Origin: Anaerolineales bacterium
GTDB taxonomy: Bacteria > Chloroflexota > Anaerolineae > Anaerolineales > E44-bin32
Assembly: GCA_022866145.1 (NCBI GenBank)
Contig: JALHUE010000078.1
Coordinates: 1-39,886 of the forward strand
Direction of reading: 5' to 3'
Length of the DNA stretch: 39,886 bases
The notes beneath the pieces were generated by a model. That model did no database searches and was not told the origin of the DNA. It saw only the letters and a program-made list of their open reading frames with translations. Every line of letters begins with the position of its first letter. The first letter of the stretch is position 1. The translations under genes and the position numbers were made by a program. Shown piece by piece: positions 8,245 through 17,994 of this stretch.

Positions 8245-9497
8245 TGCAGGCCGCAACCCGAGTCAAGCCCGCCCCGTCCACCCGGTCGTCCAGGCCTCCC
8301 GGCGCCGGACGCGGCCGGCTGCTGGGCATGGATCTGTGGATGCTGGCCCTGGTGTTCGTCATGATCGCCTTCGGGCTGGTGATGGTGTACTCGGCTAGTT
8401 GGGATGTTTCCTTCCGGCTTCACGGGGACGCCAGTGCCCTGTTCCGCCGGCAGCTGGGGAATCTGGCCATCGGCCTGCTGGCTATGGCCCTGACGGCCTG
8501 GATGCCGATCCGTTGGCTGCGCTGGCTGGCGGTGCCGATCCTGGGCGTCAGCATGCTGGCCCTGCTGCTGGTTCTGCTGGTCAACTCCGGCGACGGCCCG
8601 CGCCGGGCCATCCTCGGGGGCTCGATCCAGCCCTCCGAGATGGCCAAGCTGGCGGTGATCATCTATCTGGCGGTGTGGATGGAGTCGAAGGGGAACCGGC
8701 TCTCCGAATGGGGTTACGGATTCATCCCTCTGCTGATGCTGGTGGCGGTGGTCGACAGCCTGATCCTGCTGCAGCCGGATCTGAGCGCGGTCCTGACCGT
8801 CGCCATTGTCGCCCTGGTGATGTTCTTTCTGGCGGGCGCCCGGATCTCGCAGGCATTGTTCATTTCGGTAGGCGGGGCGTTTGTCGGCTACCTGCTGGTG
8901 CGAATCACCAACACCGGTCGAGTACGCTGGGCGGACTATATGTCGGGATTGATCGACATCGAGCAGGCGTCCTACCATGTCCAACACGCGCTGCAGGCCT
9001 TCTATGCGGGGGGCATTCTCGGGCGCGGCCTGGGGGCGAGCCGGGAGAAGTTCGGGCTGTTGCCCGCGCCCCATACGGACAGCATCTACGCCGTCATCGG
9101 CGAAGAACTCGGTCTGATCGGGGCTTTGTTCGTGCTCGTCCTGTTCTGGTTGTTTCTGTGGCGCGGCTTCAAAGTCGCCATGGACGCTCCGGATCGTCTG
9201 ACGATGCTGCTGGTGAGCGGCGTCACCGTGTGGATCGCGGTTGAGGCCCTGGTCAACATGTCGGTGCTGCTTGGCCTGTTGCCGTTCGCCGGCAATGCGC
9301 TCCCCTTCTTCAGCTACGGAGGATCGAGCCTGGTCGTCACCCTGACCGGCACCGGCTTTCTCTTAAACGCCGCTCGCAGGAAGAGCGTGGAGGTTCAAGC
9401 GAAGACGTATGTCTCGCCTGTTGGTATCGGCTGGCGGAACCGGCGGAGGCGTGTATCCCGCCTTGGCCATAATCGCCGAACTCGATCGGAGCGTTGA
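8241..9497 (+). CDS. ftsW: SEDS-family peptidoglycan glycosyltransferase FtsW
   Basis: 418 aa, about 10 TM segments. Motifs MVYSASW, QPSEMAKL and PFFSYGGSS. Start is GTG 8241 or ATG 8244, overlapping the murD stop. The basic C-terminal tail runs 89 nt into murG. Confidence 0.88.
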   Translation: MMQAATRVKPAPSTRSSRPPGAGRGRLLGMDLWMLALVFVMIAFGLVMVYSASWDVSFRLHGDASALFRRQLGNLAIGLLAMALTAWMPIRWLRWLAVPILGVSMLALLLVLLVNSGDGPRRAILGGSIQPSEMAKLAVIIYLAVWMESKGNRLSEWGYGFIPLLMLVAVVDSLILLQPDLSAVLTVAIVALVMFFLAGARISQALFISVGGAFVGYLLVRITNTGRVRWADYMSGLIDIEQASYHVQHALQAFYAGGILGRGLGASREKFGLLPAPHTDSIYAVIGEELGLIGALFVLVLFWLFLWRGFKVAMDAPDRLTMLLVSGVTVWIAVEALVNMSVLLGLLPFAGNALPFFSYGGSSLVVTLTGTGFLLNAARRKSVEVQAKTYVSPVGIGWRNRRRRVSRLGHNRRTRSER

Positions 9498-10509
9498 CGT
9501 GCTCTGGGTGGGATCCGAGGGAGGCATGGAGGCTTCCCTGGTCGAGCGCGCCGGCGTGCGCTTTGTGAGCGTCCCGGCAGCGGGCGTGCATGGCGTGGGC
9601 TGGCGGGCGCTGCCCGGTAACCTGCTGCAGCTCGCCCGGGGTGTCGCCGCGGCGCGGCGCGTGTTGGCGGAGTACCGGCCGCAGGCGCTGCTGCTGACCG
9701 GCGGGTATGTCGGTGTGCCTGTGGCACTGGCCGCGCGGCGGGTCCCGAAGCTGGTGTATGTCCCGGACATTGAACCAGGCCAGGCGCTGAAGCTGATGGC
9801 CCGCCTCGCCGATCGCCTGGCCGTGACGGCTGACGAGAGCCTTCCCCGGCTTCCTCGCCGGAGCCGGGCACGAGTGACGGGCTATCCCACCCGGCCGGAC
9901 CTGCGGGGGGTGGACCGCGACCAGGCCAAGCGGCACTTCGGCCTCGACCCGGCAATTCCTACGCTGTTGGTGTTTGGCGGCAGCAAGGGCGCCCTTTCGT
10001 TGAATGAGGCGCTATGGGGATGCCTCTCCGAGATGCTCAGAATCTCCCAAGTAGTGCACATCACCGGCTCGCTCGACTGGCCGCGAACCGAAGCCCAACA
10101 GCGCCAGCTGGGGGCCGAGCTGGGGTCGCGGTACCACGCCTTCGCCTACTTGCACGATGAGATGGCACTGGCACTGGCGGCGGCCGATCTGGCGGTGGCC
10201 CGCGCCGGGGCTGCCACGCTGGGTGAGCTGCCGCTCTTCGGCCTGCCCGGAGTGCTGGTTCCGTATCCCCATGCCTGGCGCTACCAGAAGGTGAATGCCG
10301 AGTACCTGGCGGCGAGAGGCGGCGCCATTCGAATCGATGACGCCGACCTGGCGAGCCGCATGCTTCCCGTCGTGGGCGATCTGCTGAGCGACCCGGAGCG
10401 GCTCGAACGCATGCGCCGATCCATGCGCCAGCTGGCCCGTCCTCAGGCGGCGGCTGAGATCGCCGCCGAAGTCAAACACCTGCTGGCGGAGGACGGTGCC
10501 CGTGGTTAG
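9409..10509 (+). CDS. murG: UDP-GlcNAc:lipid I N-acetylglucosaminyltransferase MurG
   Basis: 366 aa. N-terminal SAGGTGGGVYPALAI (G-loop), VFGGSKGA motif. dcw position after ftsW. Confidence 0.92.
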   Translation: MSRLLVSAGGTGGGVYPALAIIAELDRSVDVLWVGSEGGMEASLVERAGVRFVSVPAAGVHGVGWRALPGNLLQLARGVAAARRVLAEYRPQALLLTGGYVGVPVALAARRVPKLVYVPDIEPGQALKLMARLADRLAVTADESLPRLPRRSRARVTGYPTRPDLRGVDRDQAKRHFGLDPAIPTLLVFGGSKGALSLNEALWGCLSEMLRISQVVHITGSLDWPRTEAQQRQLGAELGSRYHAFAYLHDEMALALAAADLAVARAGAATLGELPLFGLPGVLVPYPHAWRYQKVNAEYLAARGGAIRIDDADLASRMLPVVGDLLSDPERLERMRRSMRQLARPQAAAEIAAEVKHLLAEDGARG

Positions 10510-11035
10510 CCTGCTGGTGCTGTTCTGGGTGTTTGTGGTTCTGTTCGCGGTGATCGGGGCCATGCGCGGCTGGTCGAAGGAAGTGCTGGTCACGAGTGCC
10601 CTGGTGTTGGCGCTATTCCTCAACGCCATCCTGAGTCACTATGTCACCTTCTACCAGAACTTGCTGGCCGGCGAATCGCCCGCCACCCAGCTGACGCTTC
10701 TGGCGTTGCCGGTGCTGGTGCTGGCGTTTGCCGGCTATCAGTCGCCCCGCCTGACGGCGCTACAAGGCAAGCTGGCTCGCGAACGCATCGAGGGCATTCT
10801 GCTCGGGCTGGTGATCGGGGTTCTCAACGGCTACCTGCTGGCGGGATCCCTGCTGTACTACCTACACGTGACAGGCTATCCCACAGAGCTGGTCACGCCG
10901 CCCGCCGAGGGGAGCGAATTGGCGGCTCAGCTACAGGCAATGATGGCCTACATGCCGCCGGCGCTGTTGACTATTCCGTATGTGTATTTCGCCGCAGCTG
11001 CCATTTCGATCCTGATCATCGTCGTGTTCGTATGA
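10496..11035 (+). CDS. CvpA-like integral membrane protein (putative)
   Basis: 179 aa, 4-5 TM helices. The N-terminus FAVIGAMRGWSKEVLVTSALVLALFL and the later LLGLVIGVLNGYLLAGSLL resemble the CvpA (colicin V production) family pattern. GTG start overlaps the murG end by 14 nt; the stop overlaps the murC ATG (ATGA). Confidence 0.5.
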   Translation: MPVVSLLVLFWVFVVLFAVIGAMRGWSKEVLVTSALVLALFLNAILSHYVTFYQNLLAGESPATQLTLLALPVLVLAFAGYQSPRLTALQGKLARERIEGILLGLVIGVLNGYLLAGSLLYYLHVTGYPTELVTPPAEGSELAAQLQAMMAYMPPALLTIPYVYFAAAAISILIIVVFV

Positions 11036-12405
11036 AGCGCAGGTTTCATTTGGTGGGGATTGGCGGAGCGGGCATGTCGGCCATCGCCCGGATACTGGCA
11101 GAACAAGGGGAGAGCGTGACCGGATCGGATCAGACCGTCTCGGTGTATTCCCAGGGACTGGAAGCCCTGGGCGTGCCAATCGCCTACGGCCATCGGGCTG
11201 AGAACATCGCCGGCGCCGACGTGCTGCTCGTGTCATCGGCGATCCCGGCCGGAAACCCCGAGCTGGCCGCCGCCCTCGAGGCCGGCCTGCCAGTCATGCG
11301 CCGCGAGCGCTTCCTGGCCGAGCTGACGGCCCCGTACCAGGTGATCGCCGCCGCCGGGACGCATGGCAAGACCACCACCACCGGCCTGATCGCCTGGATT
11401 CTGTCCGAAGCCGGACTGGATCCCAGCTTCATCGTCGGCGGCGTGCTGCTGGATTTCGGAAGCAACGCCCATGCGGGATCGGGGAAGGCCTTCGTCATCG
11501 AGGCCGATGAATATGACCGCGCCTTCCTCGGCCTTCATCCCGATGTAGCCGTCGTGACCAGCGTCGAGCATGATCATCCGGACTGCTTCCCCACCCCCGA
11601 GTCCTTCCGGGCCGCCTTCCAGGAATTCGCGGCTCAGGTCGAGCGGACCCTGATCGTATGTGCGGATGACCCGGCAGCCCTGGCGCTGGAGAGCTCGGCC
11701 CGGCGGGTCAGCTACGGGCTTTCGCCTGAGGCCGATTGGCATGCCGAGGAGATCCGCCCCAACGGCGTCGGAGGCAGTGACTTCCTCGTGCTTCGCGGGT
11801 CTGAGGTCGTCGGCTTGGTGCGAACCCGCCTGCCCGGAGACCACAACGTGCGCAACACCCTGGCCGCGCTGGCGGTCGCCGATGACCTGGGGGTGCCCTT
11901 CGCCATGGCGCGCCAGGCCCTGACCGGCTACCGGGGCGCCAGCCGGCGCAGCGAAGTCATCGGACAGGAGGGCGGGGTGGTTGTGGTGGATGACTACGCC
12001 CACCATCCGTCGGAGATCCGGGCGACCCTCTCCGGCCTGCGCCAACGCTACCCCGAGCGCAGCCTGTGGGCGGTCTTCCAGCCGCACACCTATTCAAGGG
12101 TGCGGGCGTTGCTAGCCGACTTCGCGGCCTGCTTCAGCCTGGCGGATCATGTGCGAATCACCGACATCTTTCCCGCCCGCGAGCAGCCAGACGGGGTCAC
12201 GACCGGCCCCAGCCTGGCCGAGAGTATCCGCCATCCGGATTGCCGTTACAGCGGAGCGCTCGAGGAGAGCGCTCGCGCCTTGATCGCCGAAGTCAAGTCG
12301 AACAGCGTCGTCGTCACCTTGAGTGCGGGGGACGGCAATGTGATTGGGAAGATGTTGTTGGAGGCGCTGCGCCAGAGGGAAGGAGGCCAATATGCCGAAG
12401 GATAA
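11032..12405 (+). CDS. murC: UDP-N-acetylmuramate--L-alanine ligase MurC
   Basis: 457 aa. HLVGIGGAGMSAIARIL, P-loop AAAGTHGKTTTT, DDYAHHPSEI. Confidence 0.95.
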   Translation: MKRRFHLVGIGGAGMSAIARILAEQGESVTGSDQTVSVYSQGLEALGVPIAYGHRAENIAGADVLLVSSAIPAGNPELAAALEAGLPVMRRERFLAELTAPYQVIAAAGTHGKTTTTGLIAWILSEAGLDPSFIVGGVLLDFGSNAHAGSGKAFVIEADEYDRAFLGLHPDVAVVTSVEHDHPDCFPTPESFRAAFQEFAAQVERTLIVCADDPAALALESSARRVSYGLSPEADWHAEEIRPNGVGGSDFLVLRGSEVVGLVRTRLPGDHNVRNTLAALAVADDLGVPFAMARQALTGYRGASRRSEVIGQEGGVVVVDDYAHHPSEIRATLSGLRQRYPERSLWAVFQPHTYSRVRALLADFAACFSLADHVRITDIFPAREQPDGVTTGPSLAESIRHPDCRYSGALEESARALIAEVKSNSVVVTLSAGDGNVIGKMLLEALRQREGGQYAEG

Positions 12406-12568
12406 CCGCCGATTGTTCGAGACCGACCGACGCATGGAGTTCAAGTTGCGCCTGGCGGCCAAGAAGGCGTCTGCCGCGGGGCAGGCGACCGTGGCCGCGC
12501 TCGAGTTGGACGGGCCGCCGGATCGGCAGGTGCTGTCCAAGTTGATCGAGAGGGTGCGTCGGCTGTAA
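12392..12568 (+). CDS. Hypothetical 58-aa protein between murC and murB
   Basis: The ATG at 12392 is preceded by AGGAGG (12381-12386) inside the murC 3' end. Third codon positions are very G/C-rich. The stop overlaps the murB ATG (TAATG). It exactly fills the murC-murB gap. Basic, predicted helical, no family recognised. Confidence 0.6.
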   Translation: MPKDNRRLFETDRRMEFKLRLAAKKASAAGQATVAALELDGPPDRQVLSKLIERVRRL

Positions 12569-13524
12569 TGCCCCCATGGGACGCCGAGACGATCGCCCGC
12601 GCCCTGAAGGCCGAGGACTTCGGCCAGGTCGAACGCCAGGCCTCGCTCCGGCGCTACGCCGCGGCCAGGGTAGGGGGTCGGGCCGACGTGTTGCTCACGG
12701 TCCGGTCGTCCGAGAAGCTGGGAGGCGCGGCTGCATGGTTGTGGGCCCAGGCGATCGCCTTCCGTGTCCTGGGGGGCGGGTCGAATGTCCTGGTCTCCGA
12801 TGCCGGGGTGCGCGAGGTGGTGGTCTTGAACAAGGCAGCTGAGGTTCGCTTCCTCGACCGGCCGAGCGGGCCGGCCGTCTGGGCCGAGTCGGGCGCCGGT
12901 TTGGGAAGCGTCGCTCGCCGGGCCGTCGAGCGCGGTCTGTCCGGCCTCGAGTGGGCTGGCACCGTTCCGGGAACCGTGGGAGGGGCGGTGGTCGGGAACG
13001 CCGGAGCTTTCGGCGGGGATATTGCCGGGAGCCTGGAGGCGGCCGAGATCTTGCAACCCGCGCGCAGCGCCGAGTCCTGGCCGGCCGAGCGGCTGGCCTA
13101 TCGCTATCGTGGTTCCTGGCTGAAGGATCATCCCGGCCGGGCTGTTGTGCTCTCGGCTTCCGTCCGCCTCCAGACCGGGGATCGCCAGGCCTGCCGGAGG
13201 CGCCTGGCGGGGTACGTGGAGCAGCGAAAGCGGACGCAGGCTGCCGGCCCCAGCTGGGGATCGATGTTCAAGAACCCGCCGGGCGATCATGCCGGCCGGC
13301 TGATCGAGGCGGCGGGGCTGAAAGGGGTGCAGCGAGGCGGGGCGCAGATCAGCCCAGTCCACGCCAACTTCTTCGTCAATCAGGGCGGGGCCTCGGCGGC
13401 GGAGGTCTGGGACTTGATCCAGCTCGCCCGGAGCGAGGTGGCGCGGAAGTTCGGCATCGAGCTGGAGCTCGAGATCGAGCGTTTCGGCGACTGGAGTCAG
13501 TCTGAGGGAGAGGCGGGCGTTTGA
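12568..13524 (+). CDS. murB: UDP-N-acetylenolpyruvoylglucosamine reductase MurB
   Basis: 318 aa. FAD-binding VLGGGSNVLVSD, N-terminal RVGGRADVLL, C-terminal SMFKNP and HANFFVN motifs. Confidence 0.93.
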   Translation: MPPWDAETIARALKAEDFGQVERQASLRRYAAARVGGRADVLLTVRSSEKLGGAAAWLWAQAIAFRVLGGGSNVLVSDAGVREVVVLNKAAEVRFLDRPSGPAVWAESGAGLGSVARRAVERGLSGLEWAGTVPGTVGGAVVGNAGAFGGDIAGSLEAAEILQPARSAESWPAERLAYRYRGSWLKDHPGRAVVLSASVRLQTGDRQACRRRLAGYVEQRKRTQAAGPSWGSMFKNPPGDHAGRLIEAAGLKGVQRGGAQISPVHANFFVNQGGASAAEVWDLIQLARSEVARKFGIELELEIERFGDWSQSEGEAGV

Positions 13525-14630
13525 TGGCAGCCAAGAAGCTGCGGATCCTGGTCCTGTTCGGCGGGCGCTCAGGAGAGCATGAGGTCTCCTTGCGCTCGGC
13601 GCGCTCGGTGCTCTCCCAACTCGATGCTGACAAGTACGATGTCTTGCCTGTGGGGGTTACTCATGAGGGACGCTGGTTCGCCGGCGAAGACGTCCTGGCG
13701 CGATTCGAGCGGCGGGAAATGGCAGGCCTGGTTCCAGTCGCCTTTGTGGCTGAGCCCGGGAACTGGAACCTGTATCACTGGGAACTGGGCAAGCCGCTGA
13801 GCATTCACCAGCCGTCGGACCTGGTCTTCCCGCTGATCCACGGGACCTTCGGTGAGGACGGAACGCTGCAAGGTTTGTTGGACCTGATGGAAATCCCGTA
13901 CGTCAGCGGCGGCGTGCTGGCCTCCTCGGTGGGCATGGACAAGGGAATCTTTAAGGATGTCATGCGCTCGCACGGCGTGCCGGTTGTCGACGGGGTGATT
14001 GTGACCGGAGCCCAGATCGCCGACGACCTCCAGGCTGTGCTGGCTGCCTGTGAGGCCTTGGGACCCTATCCACTGTTCACCAAGCCCGCCAACCTGGGGT
14101 CCTCGGTAGGGATCACCAAGTGCCGCGGCCGGAGCGACTTAGTCGAAGGATTGATGGACGCCGCCCGTTACGACCGACGGGTTCTCATCGAGCAAGGAAT
14201 CGACGGGCGCGAGATCGAAGTCAGCGTGCTGGGTAACGACGATCCCGATGCCTCCGTCCCGGGTGAGGTGATCCCCGGAGACGAGTTCTACTCCTACCGC
14301 GCCAAGTACATGGATGACACCTCTCGCCTGGTCATTCCGGCCGAGCTCGAGCAGGGCTTGGCCGACGAGATCCGCCACCTGGCGGTGCAGGCTTTCAAGG
14401 CGGTGGACGGCGCCGGGATGGCCCGGGCCGATTTTCTGATTGAGCGCGGCACGAACGCCATCTACCTGAATGAGGTCAACACCCTTCCGGGGTTCACCAG
14501 CATCAGCATGTACCCGAAGCTTTGGGAGGCGAGCGGGGTTCCATACCCGGTGTTGCTGGATCGCCTGATCGCCCTCGCTCTTGAGCGGCACGAGGAGAAG
14601 CGGCGCTTGATCCGCCGCTACGAGGCCTAG
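13524..14630 (+). CDS. ddl: D-alanine--D-alanine ligase
   Basis: 368 aa. VLFGGRSGEHEVSLRSA, HGTFGEDGTLQG, ATP-grasp core, EVNTLPGFT. The ATG at 13524 overlaps the murB stop (TGATG); a TTG at 13521 is an alternative start. Confidence 0.95.
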   Translation: MAAKKLRILVLFGGRSGEHEVSLRSARSVLSQLDADKYDVLPVGVTHEGRWFAGEDVLARFERREMAGLVPVAFVAEPGNWNLYHWELGKPLSIHQPSDLVFPLIHGTFGEDGTLQGLLDLMEIPYVSGGVLASSVGMDKGIFKDVMRSHGVPVVDGVIVTGAQIADDLQAVLAACEALGPYPLFTKPANLGSSVGITKCRGRSDLVEGLMDAARYDRRVLIEQGIDGREIEVSVLGNDDPDASVPGEVIPGDEFYSYRAKYMDDTSRLVIPAELEQGLADEIRHLAVQAFKAVDGAGMARADFLIERGTNAIYLNEVNTLPGFTSISMYPKLWEASGVPYPVLLDRLIALALERHEEKRRLIRRYEA

Positions 14631-14631
14631 C

Positions 14632-15537
14632 ATGTCGATCTCCAGCCGGGTCTTGGGAGGAGGCAAACCGCGCGCTCGCCGCGTCCGGGCCCAGCGCGCC
14701 CGTATGGCGTTCGCCACCGATGCCGTCCTGCCGGAGCCGCGCCGTCGCCCGGCCCAGCGCCGGGCGCGCAAGCGCTACGAAGTGTCTGTGCCCAATCGGC
14801 TGGGCGCCGGTGTGCAGCTGCCCTCGGTCCCGGTCGTGCGCCCCGGCCCGCGCCTGCTGTCGGCGCTGATGCTGGCGTTGGTTGTCCTGGGTGGGTCGCG
14901 GCTGGTAGGTGCTCCCCAGTTCATGGTTGGCGAGGCCGAGGTCAACCAGACGCTGATGCTTCCCGACCAGCTGATCCGGTCGCTGATCGGGGTCGATCGC
15001 CGGTCGATCTTCCTGGCGGACCCGCAGGCCATTCGGGCGCGGCTGGAATTGCAGCCTGAGATCTCCCGAGCCGAAGTCTCCGTCAAGTGGCCGAACCGGG
15101 TGGTGGTGGGCATCCAAGAACGACACCCGATACTCGAGTGGAATGACGCCGGGCGCGTGTGGTGGGTGAGCTCGGAAGGGATCGGCTATCTGGCGCATGG
15201 CTCGTGGCCGGGCCTGATCAAGGTCTCCAGTCGCAAGCCAATGCTGACCATCTCGCCCGACCCGCTGGCGCCGGTTGTGGCCCCCGAGATCCTGCGGGCG
15301 GCGGGCGTGCTCAGCGCCCAGCTGCCGGCCGAGGTCGGGCTGATCTACAACCAGGACCGGGGACTGGGCTTCGAGGATTCCCGGGGCTGGAAGGCGTACT
15401 TCGGCCTCGATGGGGACCTAGTTCTGAAGTACCGCCTGCATGAACGCATCGCCGAGGCCCTGCAGGCTCAGGGCATACAACCTGCAATGGTAAGCGTCGA
15501 GGATCTCGGCGCGCCGTACTACGAGGAGTCGAGGTAG
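14632..15537 (+). CDS. ftsQ: Cell-division protein FtsQ/DivIB (POTRA domain)
   Basis: 301 aa. Arg-rich cytoplasmic N-terminus, one TM helix, POTRA-like segment (EVNQTLMLPDQLIRSLIGVDRRSIFLADPQAIRARLE). Position between ddl and ftsA. Confidence 0.8.
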   Translation: MSISSRVLGGGKPRARRVRAQRARMAFATDAVLPEPRRRPAQRRARKRYEVSVPNRLGAGVQLPSVPVVRPGPRLLSALMLALVVLGGSRLVGAPQFMVGEAEVNQTLMLPDQLIRSLIGVDRRSIFLADPQAIRARLELQPEISRAEVSVKWPNRVVVGIQERHPILEWNDAGRVWWVSSEGIGYLAHGSWPGLIKVSSRKPMLTISPDPLAPVVAPEILRAAGVLSAQLPAEVGLIYNQDRGLGFEDSRGWKAYFGLDGDLVLKYRLHERIAEALQAQGIQPAMVSVEDLGAPYYEESR

Positions 15538-15541
15538 CCGC

Positions 15542-16798
15542 GTGGCAACCATCATCGGATCGGAAGAGTCGATCTTCGTCTGCCTGGATATCGGGACGAC
15601 GAAGGTGACGGCGCTGGTCGGCCAGCTGGATGGCGAACGCGGCCTGCGGGTGATCGGTGTGGGCGTGGCTCCATCGGCGGGCATGCGCAAGGGTGGCGTG
15701 GTCAACCTCGAGGAGTTGGCCAAGACCATCGAAGCTGCCCGCGACAAGGCGGAACGAACCTCTGGCTATGAGATTACCGGCGCCCTGGTCAGCGTTTCCG
15801 GGGCGCAGATCGCCTCGCAGAACTCGAAGGGGATGGCCGGCGTCTCGGGGCGGGTGATCGGCCCGGACGACGTCGGCCGGGCGCTGGATGGGGCGCGCTC
15901 GGTGGCCGTGCCGTTCAACCGCCAGCTGATCCACGTCATTCCGCGCGGGTTCATCGTCGATGGCCAGGATGGCATTCGATCGGCGATCGGAATGCACGGC
16001 TACCGCCTTGAGGTCGAAGCCCACATCGTGACCGCTAGCGCCACCGCCCTGCGCAATCTGGAGAAGGCGCTGGAGGTGGCGGGGATCGCAGTCGACGGCT
16101 GGGTGCTTTCTTCGCTGGCTTCGGCCGAGGTTTCGCTGACCGAGACCGAGCGCGAGATGGGCGTGGTGCTGTGCGATATCGGCGGGGGCACCTGCGATCT
16201 GGCCGTGTTCATCGAAGGCGCCGTCTGGCACACCGCCGTCCTGCCGGTGGGGGGCGACCATCTGACGGGCGACATTTCCCAGGGCTTACATCTGCCGCAG
16301 GAGACCGCCGAGGCGGTCAAGCGCCGCCACGGCGAGGCCCGTCTCTCAACGGCCTCGGCGGAGGCCGCCTTTGCGGTCCGGCCCTTTGGTCAGGATCGGC
16401 CGATCGAGGTGCGCTGCACCGAGCTGGCGGCAATCATCGAGCCGCGCGTCGAAGAGATCTTCGGCCTGGTCCGGCAGGAGATCAAGCGCTCGGGCTATGA
16501 CGGTCTGCTTCCTGCCGGCATGGTGCTGACCGGAGGCACCAGCCTGTTGAAGGGGATCCGCGAGGCGGCGGGTGAAGTGCTCGGGCTGCCGGTCCGCTGC
16601 GCCCAGCCGGCCGAATTGCGGGGCCTGGTCGATCAACTGCGCTCACCGACGTATGCGACCGGGATCGGCCTGCTGCATTGGGCGCGGCTGCAGCAAGAGC
16701 AGCTGGCGCTGAATGGGAAAGGCTTCGGGAGATTCACCCTGCCCAGTTTTGACCTGAACCGGGCGGCGGAGTTCTTCAGACGACTGCTGCCGGGTTAG
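15542..16798 (+). CDS. ftsA: Cell-division protein FtsA (actin-like ATPase)
   Basis: 418 aa, GTG start. Phosphate-1 motif [38 protein letters not shown]. Confidence 0.93.
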   Translation: MATIIGSEESIFVCLDIGTTKVTALVGQLDGERGLRVIGVGVAPSAGMRKGGVVNLEELAKTIEAARDKAERTSGYEITGALVSVSGAQIASQNSKGMAGVSGRVIGPDDVGRALDGARSVAVPFNRQLIHVIPRGFIVDGQDGIRSAIGMHGYRLEVEAHIVTASATALRNLEKALEVAGIAVDGWVLSSLASAEVSLTETEREMGVVLCDIGGGTCDLAVFIEGAVWHTAVLPVGGDHLTGDISQGLHLPQETAEAVKRRHGEARLSTASAEAAFAVRPFGQDRPIEVRCTELAAIIEPRVEEIFGLVRQEIKRSGYDGLLPAGMVLTGGTSLLKGIREAAGEVLGLPVRCAQPAELRGLVDQLRSPTYATGIGLLHWARLQQEQLALNGKGFGRFTLPSFDLNRAAEFFRRLLPG

Positions 16799-16860
16799 TC
16801 CCGGCGCGCCCGGGCCGGGTCGAAGGCCCGTGGCGCACGAACCTGAGGAGGAGGCAAGCC

Positions 16861-17973
16861 ATGCAACCAGCACCGCAGACGGAATCATTTGCTCGGATCA
16901 AGGTCATCGGGGTCGGGGGGGGCGGAAACAACGCCGTCAACCGGATGATCCAGGAGGGCCTGGCCGGCATCGAGTTCGTGGCCATCAATACCGACGCCCA
17001 GGCGCTGCTGCTCTCCAACGCTCCCACGCGGGTGCGTATCGGGGACAAGCTGACGCGCGGCCTTGGTGCCGGGGGCATTCCCGAGGTCGGGCAGAAGGCG
17101 GCCGAGGAGTCGGCGGAGGACCTGTACGAGGTTCTCAAGGGCACCGACATGGCCTTCATCACCGCCGGCATAGGCGGTGGCACCGGCACCGGCGCCGCGC
17201 CGATCATCGCCCAGATCGCCAAGGAAGTGGGGGCGCTGACGATCGGCGTGGTCACCCGGCCCTTCACCTTCGAAGGCGCGAAGCGGGCGCAGTCGGCCGA
17301 GAACGGGATCGGCAAACTCAAAGAGCATGTCGACACCCTGATCGTGATCCCTAACGACCGCCTGCTGCAGCTCGCCGACAAGCGCGCCAGCCTGCAGGAG
17401 GCGTTCCGCATGGCCGACGATGTGCTGCGCCAGGGGATCCAGGGGATCAGCGAGCTGATCACCGTGCCCGGTCTGATCAACCTAGATTTCGCCGATGTCC
17501 GGACGATCATGGCCGAGGGCGGGGCCGCCCTGATGGCCGTCGGATCGGCCTCCGGCGAGGACCGTGCCCGGATCGCCGCCGAGCAGGCCATCTCGAGCCA
17601 GCTGCTGGACATCCGGATTGACGGCGCCCGCGGGATCCTGTTCAATGTCACGGGCGGGCCAAACCTCAGCCTGTTTGAGGTCAACCAGGCGGCGGCCATC
17701 ATCAAAGAGACGGCGCACCCCGATGTCAACCTGATCTTCGGCGCAGTCATCGATCCCAATATCGGCGATGAGCTGCGGGTGACGGTCATCGCCACCGGCT
17801 TCGAACGAGCCGGGGCGACGGCACGCCTCGACCGGCGGTCCCGCACCCGCACCGAGGCCAAAGCGGCCCAGGCGGCAGCCCACACGGGCCAGGAGGTTTC
17901 GATCGAGGACTTCCAGCCGGCGAGTTTTGACGTCAACAACCTGGATATCCCGGCCTTTCTGCGGCGCCGGTAG
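16861..17973 (+). CDS. ftsZ: Cell-division GTPase FtsZ
   Basis: 370 aa. [13 protein letters not shown], tubulin signature [10 protein letters not shown], conserved C-terminal peptide DIPAFLRRR. Very strong SD GAGGAGGAGG (16845-16854), 6 nt from the ATG. Confidence 0.97.
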   Translation: MQPAPQTESFARIKVIGVGGGGNNAVNRMIQEGLAGIEFVAINTDAQALLLSNAPTRVRIGDKLTRGLGAGGIPEVGQKAAEESAEDLYEVLKGTDMAFITAGIGGGTGTGAAPIIAQIAKEVGALTIGVVTRPFTFEGAKRAQSAENGIGKLKEHVDTLIVIPNDRLLQLADKRASLQEAFRMADDVLRQGIQGISELITVPGLINLDFADVRTIMAEGGAALMAVGSASGEDRARIAAEQAISSQLLDIRIDGARGILFNVTGGPNLSLFEVNQAAAIIKETAHPDVNLIFGAVIDPNIGDELRVTVIATGFERAGATARLDRRSRTRTEAKAAQAAAHTGQEVSIEDFQPASFDVNNLDIPAFLRRR

Positions 17974-17976
17974 GCT

Positions 17977-17994
17977 GGCCCGCCCTGGCGGGCC
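17977..17994 (+). terminator. Weak candidate hairpin just after the ftsZ stop
   Basis: GGCCCGCC (17977-17984) / GGCGGGCC (17987-17994) can form a 6-8 bp GC stem starting 4 nt after the TAG. No U-tract follows, so function is uncertain. Confidence 0.25.

Noticed and set aside
7464-9074. 536-aa minus-strand ORF antisense to murD/ftsW. Similar long antisense or out-of-frame ORFs occur at 16776-18164, 12112-13362, 35839-37200, 27222-28382, 2762-3661, 15311-16261 and 32388-33279.
   Set aside because: Each lies entirely over a gene with unmistakable family motifs on the other strand or frame. Their products are Arg/Pro/Gly/Ala-rich low-complexity strings with no recognisable motifs. Long stop-free antisense frames are expected in GC-rich DNA.
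16800-16820. CCCGG-cgcgc-CCGGG hairpin in the ftsA-ftsZ spacer as a possible attenuator.
   Set aside because: It has only a 5-bp stem, no U-tract, and alternative pairings with adjacent CCGGG. Evidence is insufficient.
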